Shown: in pieces, positions 24,790 to 35,125 of the stretch
Position numbering within the stretch: position 1 is the first letter of the stretch
How the letters are laid out: every line of letters begins with the position of its first letter
Assembly: GCA_003427395.1 (NCBI GenBank)
Contig: BFEA01000016.1
Location: 4,661,242 to 4,725,241, forward strand
DNA: 64,000 bases
DNA from: Chara braunii
Taxonomy: Eukaryota; Plantae; Charophyceae
Direction of reading: 5' to 3'
Position numbers and translations under genes: made by a program
The notes under the pieces: model-generated
The model's input: only the letters and a program-made list of their open reading frames with translations
The model's database searches: none
Told to the model about the DNA's origin: nothing

Positions 24790-26720
24790 TGTCGATCTCC
24801 TCCTCCTCCGCGCGTGCAGCCAACCTCCTCCTCTTCCTCCTCCTCTCATCTTCTTCTTCTTCACTCCTTTTTCCTTCACATTTCATCTTCCTCGTTTCTC
24901 TCCTCCTCCTCCTCCTCCTCCTTTCATCTTCTTCTTCTCTCCTCCTCCTCCTCATTTAGTCTTCTTCTTTGCTCTCTTCTCCTCCTCCTCGTCCTCCTCT
25001 CTTCGTCTTCTTCTTCTCTCCTCCTCCTACGCCATCGGCCCTATTCTTTTTTTTCCTCTTCATTCTCCTCGACCTCCTCCTCCTCGTGCGCAACCGACCT
25101 CCTCCTCCTCCTCTCGTCTTCTTCTTCTTCTCTCCTCCTTATTCCGTCCCCTTCTTTTCTCTCTTCCTCCTCCTCCTCCTCCCCTTTTCTTCTTCTTCTT
25201 CTCTCCTCCTCCTCCTCCTCCGCCTCATTTCGTCTTCGTCTTTTCTCTCCTCCTCCTCTCGTCTTCTTCTTCACTCCTCTTTGTCCTCCTCATATCGTCT
25301 TCTTTTCTCTCCTCCTCTTCCTCCTCATTTTGTTTTCTTCTCCTCTCTCCTCTTCCTCATCCTCCTCCTCTTATCTTCTTCTGTCCTCCTCCTCCTCCTC
25401 CTCTCATCTTCTTCTCTCCTCCTCCTCCTCCTCCTCCTCCTCCTCCTTCTCCTCCTCTTCCTCCTCATCCTCCTCCTCCGTCGGCCTTTTTATTTTAAGT
25501 ATGCTTCTTGTTTCTCGTCCTCCTTTCCTCTCCTCCTCCTTGCTCCCCTCCTCCTCCTCCTCTCGTCTTCTTCTTCTTCCCCTCCTCCTCCTCTCATCTT
25601 CTTCTTCTTCTTCGTCCTCCTTTCATCTTTTTCTTCTTCCTCCTCCTTTCTTGATATTCTTTTTCTTCCCCCTCCTCCAACTCCTCCTCCTCCACCGTAT
25701 CCTACCGCCCGCCATCTCGCACATCGGCCAGCCATATTCCACAGTAAGCCATATCCCACTGCCCGCCATCTCCCTTTCCTTTTTTCTATTTTTCTGCCCA
25801 AAAAAGTGGAAGTGGGTTGACTGCAGCTCTTGTTCTTCTTCTTTCCTCCTCCTCCTCCTCTCGTCTTCATCTTCTTCTCTCCTCCTCTCCTCCTCCTCCA
25901 CCTACTTTCGTCTTCTCCTTCGCTCCTCCTCCTCCTCGTCATCCTGATACACCACTGGCAGGTCCTCATCCTCCTCCTCCTCCTCCTCCTCCTCCTCTCA
26001 TCTTCTTTTTCTTCTCTCCTCTTCCTCCTCTTTTCGTTTTATCCTTCTCCCCTCCTCCTCCTCGTCTTCTTCTTCTCCTCTCCTCCTCCTCGTCTTCCTC
26101 TTCTCCTCTCCTCCTCCTCCCCTACTTTTGTCTTCTCCTCCTCGCCGCCTGAGCTCCTCCTCCTCCTGTCCTTCATCGTCCTCTTTTTTTTTTTTTTTTT
26201 TCCGTCACCCTCATACACTATTGGCAGGTCCTCCTCCTTCTCCTCCTCCTCCTCTTCCTCTCGTCTTCTTCTTCTCTCCTCCTCATTTTGTGTTGTCCTT
26301 CTCTCCTCCTCATTTTGTGTTGTCCTTCTCTCCTCCTCCTCCTCCTCCCCCTTTGTTCTTCTCTCCTCCTGCTTTCGTCTGTTTTGTTTTTCAAATCTCC
26401 ATTTTTTTTTCCCTCCTCCTTTCCTCCCCTCCTCCTCTTCATCTTCCTCCTCCTCTTCATCTTCCTCCTCCTCCGCCTCCTCCTCCTCCATATCTTACCG
26501 CCCACCATCTGGCACATCCGCCAGCCATATTGTACCGCCCGCCATATCTTACTGCCCTCTATCTCCCGTTCGTTTTGTTTTGTTTTTCCTGCTTGAAAAA
26601 AAAGAACGTAAGCGAGTAGACAACAACTTCATTCACAACCGCACAAATTTCTTCTTTTTCAACTTCATTCACAACCGCACAAATTTCTTCTTCTTCTTCT
26701 TCTTTTTCTTCTTCTTCTTT
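24790..26720. repeat. Pyrimidine-rich low-complexity tract, (CCT)n/(CTT)n
   Basis: About 1.9 kb, overwhelmingly C and T on the plus strand. Confidence 0.95.
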
Positions 26721-27147
26721 CAATATTTTTACTTTCTTTTTTCTCTCGATGTTCGCAGCCTGTCAGGGTTGCGTTTTCCCCCCCGGAAGACATTTTTCGT
26801 CGTCATCGTTATACCAGTTGTTCATTCCGGCTGGTTGGTCGTTGGAAGGCTCCAAAAATGCAGGCACGTGCAGGCAGGTCACTTTAGGGGCTAGTGGCAG
26901 CTAGTGGCATTTTCTTTTGGACCGGTAGCTGCTCGTGGGAGACCGCGCACGCGCACTGGGTTGGCGCAGGCCACGGCCCTTGAGCAGTCCTTGAGCTGCG
27001 AATTTCAAAAAGGAAAGGGCGAGGGGGCGGGGGCGGAAAAGGCCGAAACGACGCTTGCCACAGATGTGTCTAAATGTGGACGTATTCAGCGCCCCATTCA
27101 GACACATCTCTGTCCCGGTGTTCTGCGTGCCATCTCAATCGCTTGGG

Positions 27148-27187
<40 letters not shown>

Positions 27188-27251
27188 ATCATTGACCGAG
27201 TAGCTCCGAGTGTAGCGGAAGTCAAACTGGCCAGAGAAAACGGGGTAGAGG

Positions 27252-27309
<58 letters not shown>

Positions 27310-29737
27310 NNNNNNNNNNNNNNNNNNNNNNNNNNNNNNNNNNNNNNNNNNNNNNNNNNNNNNNNNNNNNNNNNNNNNNNNNNNNNNNNNNNNNNNNNNN
27401 NNNNNNNNNNNNNNNNNNNNNNNNNNNNNNNNNNNNNNNNNNNNNNNNNNNNNNNNNNNNNNNNNNNNNNNNNNNNNNNNNNNNNNNNNNNNNNNNNNNN
27501 NNNNNNNNNNNNNNNNNNNNNNNNNNNNNNNNNNNNNNNNNNNNNNNNNNNNNNNNNNNNNNNNNNNNNNNNNNNNNNNNNNNNNNNNNNNNNNNNNNNN
27601 NNNNNNNNNNNNNNNNNNNNNNNNNNNNNNNNNNNNNNNNNNNNNNNNNNNNNNNNNNNNNNNNNNNNNNNNNNNNNNNNNNNNNNNNNNNNNNNNNNNN
27701 NNNNNNNNNNNNNNNNNNNNNNNNNNNNNNNNNNNNNNNNNNNNNNNNNNNNNGTCCGCAAGTGCGCAGGCTTGGGCACAGGTTGAAACGACACTTGCAA
27801 CAGATGTGTCTCACCCTACTTCTAAACCTCACTAATAACGCCTCCTTTATCAATCAACCATATACAAACTACGGGCTGCGCACCCGTGCCCTCACGGTAA
27901 GTCAATTGGTCTTTGCATCCTCTACTTCCACGACACACTATCATAGCGGGCGGTGGCAGCCGCGTTGGTAGGGGGAATGGCTCGTCAGGAAGGACGAGAG
28001 GCAAAACGGCAGCAGACAAAGAAAAATAAAAAGTTGCAAGCACCTCCACTACACCTGCATAGACAACGTACTGGCTGTTGCAACACACCATTTTACCCCC
28101 TTGTCAAACCCACCCTCCCCCCTCCCCTCAGACTCCTCACCCCTCTGCCCCCCCTGACAACCCCCCCCAACATATATGCGTTTCACAAGTTTCTTTGCGG
28201 ATTTGGGTTCCTCTCAGCAAGCGCAGTCCACCCCATCTTCACAAAAAAACAAACAAACATCCTGGGATGTTTTTTAGCTCGTCTGGTTTTGCTAGACGGA
28301 CCTCGCCCAGTCCGTTAGACCCGGTCCATTTGGACCGGGTGTCGGCCTAACCCAGAATTTTTGCAATAAATAAATAAATGAATGCAAATCCCTTCCTGTT
28401 GTATGCGTTTGGCTTCGAGCGAGACACTTCAATTACGGTCTACACCGGAGCCCGGTCTTAGGAGCCTTCAATTAATTTGACTCGGAACAACAACGATGAT
28501 GCAAATAAATTAAAATTAAATACATCATATGCATATCAAGATTGCCATTTGGGGGGAAGGGTATGGGAGCGCTGGTATCGAGCGCTGGTATCGGGCGGAT
28601 AGCGGTAGCGCTCCAGTAACAGCGTCGTTACGTGTTTCACCGCGCGTAGCCCTGTTTACCCGCGAGCCTCGCCGCCGTGACGAGGAACGGGATGAAGGAA
28701 GTACGCGCCCATCGCTATGCGTGGCGGCTAGGCCTCGAAGCACGGTTACTTCTCAAACAGTCCATAGCAAAAGTAGGGTAGGTGCTCTCCATAGCCAAAA
28801 GCCAGTTGGTATAGCGCAAAGAAGGTGTACGAGTATAACCAACAAACTTTGGGATTGGTGAACGATTGTCCAAACTACAAGGCGTGGTAATAGGGTGGAT
28901 ATCAGGGTAAAACATGAAGTTACCACACATGACCTACAGTTTTCGATATTGGATTATAGCCCGCACTCTAGACGTGCTCCGCTCGGTTAACCCACATGAT
29001 AAGGCTCAAGTTATAGCCATGCGCAGGGCCAATAACTAGGAAGCGGTTATCGCGTGCAATTACAATCACGACTATCTAATATCATGCGTATTTAGTCGCC
29101 GACCATCGTTTGTAGTAGTTGCTTGTCCAGGACATCGCTATCATCATGATAGGTGCGGGCTGTCAGTCCTCAATTCCCCTCCGCTATCTCAAACAAGAGG
29201 TTCGGCAACAAGGGGCGATCAACCTGCTTCGTTCCTCGGTCGATAGCATTCCTCAATACAGGACGAAATTAGGTAATGCGGCTGTGGAATAGAGAGTGAG
29301 AATCGGCATCTAAACTCCGGTCCCGCGCCTAATTAGCGTCGAAGACATCACGTTCGGCCATACCAGACCCAATCTTGTCTTAGTATTAGGGATCTTAGAG
29401 AGCATCATCTTTGTCATCCCTCCCCTAGACAATATGGGCGTTACAATTCGTCGCTAACGCGTCCTTGGAACACGCAGGCAAAACATCAATGCTACCTTTA
29501 GGACGGGATCAGAAACGGGGCTACTTTCATTAAGTCTTCGAGCAAAGGATTCCAAGTTCAACTCCAATTTCAACTTCAAGACTCAGTGTTTGTCCACAAG
29601 AGCCCAAAGATGTCAATTTGCACTCTAATCAATCTTCCTACCCAACGGTCGATCCGGAAGACGCTCTCTCCTCCTGCCTTCCATTACATTTTGTCGTCCG
29701 TTCAGGCAGAAGGCGCACACAAGGATTAAGAGTAGCG

Positions 29738-30467
29738 AAACAGGAAAGTCGGCAACCCTGAGATCGGTACTTGCCAAACGTTTCTGATACACAGTAGAGG
29801 TGGGATACACAAGCGTTCCAGGTTACAAATCCGGTCGGAATACTCGCTTCCCTCCCTATAACAAAGGAACGGCCTCAGTTGTCGTTCTTCGCCACTTTTA
29901 ACGCAGGGGTCTGGAGTTACAGGTCATGCATCACCGCAAGACTCCAAGCCTATACGGACACTAGGTCGTGCTCTTTCCTCAATTGGGGCAAGTACACACG
30001 GACAACCTCACAAGTAGGGAACAGGGAGACACGGTTCAGCAGGGCAACGCAGCAGTCAAGGAACGCAGTGGAACTCAAAGGTTCACAACAGAAGCCGAAG
30101 GCAAACAGGAAAGTTGGCAACCGTGAGATCGGAACTTGCCAAACGTTTCTAATACACAGTAGAGGTGGTATACACAAGCGTTCCCGGTTACAAATCCAGT
30201 CGGAATACTCGCTTCACTCCCTGTAACAAAGAAACGGCCTCAGCTGCCGTTCTTCGCCACTTTTAACGTAGGGGTCCGGAGTTACAGGTGATGCATCACC
30301 GCGAGACTCCAAGCCTATACAGACACTAGGTCGTGCTCTTTCCTAGACTGGGGCAAGTACACACAGACAACCTCACAAGTAGGGAACAGGGAGACACAGT
30401 TCAGCAGGGCAACGCAGCAGTCAAGGAATGCAGTGAAACTCAAAGGTCCACAACATAAGTCGAATGC
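29738..30467 (+). repeat. 365-bp tandem duplication in the LINE 5' region
   Basis: Units begin AAACAGGAAAGT at 29738 and 30103. Confidence 0.95.
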
Positions 30468-32572
30468 ACCAGGAAGATGGAGAGGGGTACGGGACCAGGG
30501 AATCCATCCATTATCGGCAGGTACATTCCGCCAAGTCTTCGAACATCAGGACAGCGCAAGGAGGAACTGAGAGAGGTGCAGCCTGGAAAGTATCAGGAAG
30601 GCCGGCGCCACCAGTCCAGTCAAGGCAACGAAAAGGGTTTGAGGATCGGGTTCGGGAGTCGGTTGGTAGATGCTATGATGAAGGCATCTGCCCGAAAGGA
30701 TTGGAATTGGGGGAGGTGGTAGAGGACGAGGAGGGAAGGAGGTTCGTAGTGTATGAGACAGTGGATAGTATCAAGGAGAATTGGCTAAAAGAAAGAACAG
30801 TAATCCTGATCTTTCAAGAGGAAGCAAGAAACCTCTCAAGTCTGGTCAAGGAGGATCTGATCACGGCCTACGAGGATGGGTGGATGTCGCATCAGATCTT
30901 TAACCGAAACACAAGAAGGGGCAGAATCCGGTTCGAGGGCCAGAACGTAGTCTCATACGTGGCCAAGGCAAAGGAGGTAGCCGAATGGATGTTGAGAATG
31001 AAGGAAGCGAAGCTAAAGTTGGGGACTAAGGAGTATCTAATTATCTTCAAGCCTTGGATGCCCCATCAGGAGCTTTGGGACACGAAGTTGTAGGAAGCGG
31101 AGAAGAACTTTTGGATTGTCGCCTTGAGAGTACAGCTAGACGCGTGCTACTGCCTAGGCGAAGCACTCGGAGGTATGTTCGGGGAAGTGTTAGAGATGCA
31201 TCCCCCCGAATATGACAGAACGCGCCCAAAGTTGATGAGCGTCAAGATAGACATGCACCAGACGCAAGATTCAGCGTTGACAATGTTCTGGTGATCCAGT
31301 CCCCTAAAGGTGAAAGATGGAGAGTGGAAATAGCTACTCCCTACACGGACTGGTGCAGGAGATGCAAGTGGTACTTCCACACAGAGGAAAACTGTCCAAA
31401 TCACAACCGAACGACGAAGGGAGAAGAGAAGGAGGCGCACTGGCGGGAGGACACAAGGAACGTTTTCTTCAGTACACCTTGAACAGGTTCCAACAAACAA
31501 GGCAAGAGGCGGGATCAGGCAATATACGGAGTCACAGACAGGACGGGGTGTCAGGAGGGAGAGGGGCCTATCAGGAGTGAAGGTCAGGGAGCACAGCAGT
31601 CCGCCCCTGCAAGGCAGACCTACAGCTATCCAAGTCGAATCTCGAGCCATCCGGACGCTCTCTCAGCCCCCGCACAGATGGACAGAAGGCAAGAGGCATG
31701 AGCGAGGGCATTCAGAGAGCCCAGTCACCAGGACGGCCCTGTCCTCCTCTCTCACCCCCGAGGAGAGATGCAGTACCCATCCCCATCTCTCATGCCCCCA
31801 TAGGGTCAGCGGAGAGCTTGGCCAGTGCCCTGGGTCCCGGAGAACTCCGTGCCTCCAAGGGACGAGAGGGAGCTGGACTGGAAACTGCACGATACAGGAC
31901 GAGAGTTTTATGGTGGCTACAATGACTTACACGCACAACCAGCAGGGCACAGTGGTCAATTGGAGTACGCACAAGGCTATCCAGGGCATGACCAATGGGT
32001 CAACTCCGGCCCGCTAATGAACAACCATCATGAGCTACAACTTCAAGCCTACAATGCCTTCCCGGATCATCCAAAGCCTCGATACCCATCCAGTTCATAC
32101 GATTGGAGGGTGCTAACCCAACAGCAACTGCAGCAAGGAGCAGGCATGCTCAAACAATCGGGACAAAACGCGATGGTGGAGGCAGGCTTCTCAATGGGTG
32201 GCGATCGTCAACAGGGGCTATTGAGACAGAGAAGGAGAAATGGATAGGCCTGGCGAACATGGGTGGACGAGGAAACGAGAAGGCAGGAAATCACCAGATC
32301 CGAGGAGGACAGATTGCGCAATCAAGATAGAGTTGTGAGAAGGTGGGGAGACGAGTGTGATGGAGGATATGTGATGGACGAACATCCAACAGTGGCGCAG
32401 GTGGTTGACACTCAGGTAGAACTGTCAAAAACATCCATCTCATCCCAGTCCCGGGTCCGTATGAGGAGCGGGTTAAAAGAGGCGCCACCAAGCAGGGAAC
32501 ACTCCTCCTCCTCAATGGAGAGCTCGACACACTCCAGGCTGCAACAAAAGGAAGAGAGGGGAGCAGTCCCGA
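30464..32572 (+). pseudogene. LINE ORF1, part before the LTR insertion
   Basis: ...LIIFKPW...NFWIVALRV... and zinc knuckle CRRCKWYFHTEENC. Stops and frameshifts. Confidence 0.8.
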
Positions 32573-33170
32573 TGTCGGGGCAGAAACCCTGGCAAGGGTA
32601 TCTGCCCGGTATTTTTAAATGTCGGACGATGTCCGACTTAGTGAATGGCTATTCGGGCTTCATAACTTGATGAGGTAGGATTATCTGCCAAAGGTTTATT
32701 CAACCCTGACCTAGGACCGGGAAGCAAAAACTTTTTAAAACCCTAGTCCGGACGTCCGCGGCATCCGAAAGTAGTGGCAGTAACCGAACGTGCTTCGCTT
32801 TGTTGAGGCCGCATGGGAACGCTAAATTTAGCCCTATTCTACCTATAATAAGGTCGCGTGGCTGTTAAGCCGCGCGATTCAGGGCCTAAGCGGGCCAAAA
32901 AGGGGTCGCTGCGGCAAGGTGGACCGCGGCGTGAAGAAATGGCTTAGGGTCCATAGGGCTTTTGCGCCAAGCACCGGGGGCGAAGGCGTCGGGGCCGGCT
33001 GGGTACGGCAGCCATTGAGGCTGTCGGCTGCCGACCTCGCTTGCCGACCTCACCGGCCAGCCACGGCGACAAGCCGGCTTAGCAGGCTCAGCCTGCTAGG
33101 CGCTGGGTAGGGGCCTGTTGGGCACCGAAGCCCTTCATATAGAAGGGCCGCTCCTTTTTGGATGTGAAAA

Positions 33171-33257
33171 GGAGCTAGCCCAGTAGGTACCGTCGCCAGA
33201 TTACCACCCCGCAGACATGGGGATCGAACGTGACCAGCGCACTACCGGGCTAGCTCC
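33171..33257 (+). ncRNA. tRNA-like Pol III-type hairpin inside LTR D
   Basis: GGAGCTAGCCCAGTAG...GGGATCGAAC...CTACCGGGCTAGCTCC then TTTT. Homologue of 12065-12152. Confidence 0.6.
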
Positions 33258-33346
33258 TTTTGGAGCAGCCCATGACCTGACGATGGGTGCGGCCGATTTT
33301 TGGCCGTGCGATCTTCGTGATCGCGCGGCTGAAATCAGCCGCGCCG

Positions 33347-33416
33347 AGATAGCATGGCCCTGTGTAAGGATGACATGCATAGATTGAGAAATAGCCCGGG
33401 TTTTTTTTTTTTTTTT
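33347..33416 (+). ncRNA. U6 snRNA 3'-half fragment with oligo(T) end inside LTR D
   Basis: AGATAGCATGGCCCTGTGTAAGGATGACATGCATAGATTGAGAAATAGCCCGGGTTTT aligns to plant U6 AGATTAGCATGGCCCCTGCGCAAGGATGACACGCATAAATCGAGAAATGGTCCAAATTTT. Confidence 0.88.
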
Positions 33417-33785
33417 GGAAAAAAAAAAACAAAGAAAAAAAAAGGAGAAAGGGAGAAAGACTTACCTATCCCGCATCTGGACGCGTAAGCGCCCAGATAC
33501 GGGCATTATGGAGATGGCAGCATCACGAGGTAAGTCGTGTCCTTCCCCCCATCTGGCGCGTTTTGAAGTGACTATGAGCTTAAAGCCCCAGTGAGGTGAC
33601 AGGCGCCCGTTAGGAACAGGCAGCCACGTTTAGGTAGGTTTTCTTTTTCCTTTTTTTGTTTTCATTTCTCCTTTTGTTAGATTTTGCTTCGATTTTTTTA
33701 TTTTGTTTTTAGATTTAGTTTAGATTTTGGTTTTTCTCATTTTTCTACCCGTTCGTTTCGAACAAACGGGCACTTGTGACCAGCC

Positions 33786-33840
33786 AGACTGTTTAGTCGG
33801 GGTCCCACCGACTCATCAGGGGGCTTTGCCCCAACAGCCC
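33786..33840 (-). ncRNA. Type III hammerhead ribozyme, core mutated (G12>U)
   Basis: GGGCTGTT-GGGG caaag CCCC-CTGATGA-GTCGG tgggacc CCGAC-TAAA-CAGTCT. Confidence 0.8.
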
Positions 33841-33920
33841 ATCTGCGGATGGGCGAATGAACCTGCCGCCTATGGGCAGCTACGTTCGGAGTAGTAGAAG
33901 GGGGGGGAAGACGTGACTGC

Positions 33921-33980
33921 GCCAGACTGTTTCGTCGGACTTTCACCGACTCATCAGGAGGCTGAACCTCAACAGTCGGC
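33921..33980 (-). ncRNA. Type III hammerhead ribozyme, intact core
   Basis: GACTGTT-GAGG ttcag CCTC-CTGATGA-GTCGG tgaaagt CCGAC-GAAA-CAGTC. Three stems, cleavage triplet GUU. Confidence 0.92.
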
Positions 33981-34648
33981 CAGTCTGGCTGGTCGGCTCG
34001 AATGAACCAACTGCGAGAATGCAGTTGTGTGCGGGCGAGTCGACGTGAGTGAGAGAGGGAGAGGAAGGCCGACAGATAAGCAGCGCCCGTTCATTTTGGA
34101 ACGGGCAGCTCACCTTGGTCGCGCGCCTGTATCAGGCGCCTGTTCTAAGCCAGGTGCGGGCGCGGGGCATAAGGAAAGAAAAGCCTTTGGGCTTAGTATT
34201 GGGCCTGTGTAGGGGAACAAGAGGGGTGCCCGTTCGTTTTTAAAAGACGAGCTACCCCTGCATAAACAGAAGGGGAAAAAATGTGACGGCCACGTACGTG
34301 GCCGCAGGGGTAGATTAGGTGCAGGAGTAAGAAGAAGAAGAAGGAAGGGAAGTTGGGAGAGGGGGAATACCGTGGATTCGGCCACGACGCAGGCCCAAAT
34401 GCAAGGTTAGAAGCATCTGGGCTCTGCTGAGGCAGCAGACAACAGTCGGCTGCAAATGGCTTGGTACAACCATTTGAGGACTGCGTCTGGCCGCGGGTAA
34501 CGGCCAGATGCGTTGCCAGGGTTCAGAACTTGGTTCCCCTAGGGGAGCATCAAGTTTCCTGGCCCTCGATCGCGATTCTGATCAAGGGCCAGGCCCTATT
34601 CCGGGATTTGGCTGGGGGCAAAGCAGCTGCCCTCAACCTTCAGCCAGC

Positions 34649-34655
34649 TATAAAA
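34649..34655 (+). promoter_or_regulatory. Putative TATA box of LTR D
   Basis: CAGCCAGCTATAAAAG, in the position homologous to LTRs A and B. Confidence 0.55.
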
Positions 34656-34948
34656 GCTAGCCTGCCATCCAGCAGCCTCACACTTGTGGCAATGCTGCTG
34701 GGGCATTCTACTCGAGTAGATCCTGGCTGGCTGGCTGCTGGTGTGATGAGGCGAAGTGCTGGAGGTCTGCAGAAGCACTTGGAGGGAGGAGGAGGCAGCC
34801 ATAGCTGGAGGCTGGGAGCTTCTTGCCCCACCTCTCGTGCTGTGCTGCAGGCTGTAGGGGAGCCATAACCGTAAGGCTGCTATCGGATTGGGCCGTACGG
34901 CAAGGGGTTCTTGAGTAGGAGGCCGCGTCGCTGTCCCCTTGGGTGGGA

Positions 34949-35125
34949 GCGCTGTCGAAATTGTGCGGCGGCAGAGCTGGTTTTCTTGGCAGTACGGCGG
35001 AAGCGCTGCCGAAATTGTGCGGCGGCAGCGCTGGTCTTCTTGGCGGTACGGCGGAAGCGCTGCCGAAATTGTGCGGCGGCAGCGCCGGTTTTCTTGGCAG
35101 AACGGCGAGGGCGCTGCCGAATTTT
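34949..35125 (+). repeat. 54-bp tandem repeat (~3.3 copies), each a hairpin
   Basis: GCGCTGCCG-AAATTGTGCGG-CGGCAGCGC units at 34949, 35003, 35057. Confidence 0.92.

Noticed and set aside
24652-26894. Ser/Leu- and Glu/Arg-rich ORFs up to 431 aa
   Set aside because: They arise from stop-free (CCT/CTT)n sequence in several frames at once.
24228-28356. Possible TIR element (TTCTGGTTAGGCC ... GGCCTAACCCAGAA)
   Set aside because: Short imperfect match, no clear TSD, single copy.
33171-33416. Genuine tRNA and U6 genes (also 11944-12152)
   Set aside because: No canonical cloverleaf or acceptor stem. The U6 5' half and ACAGAGA box are missing.
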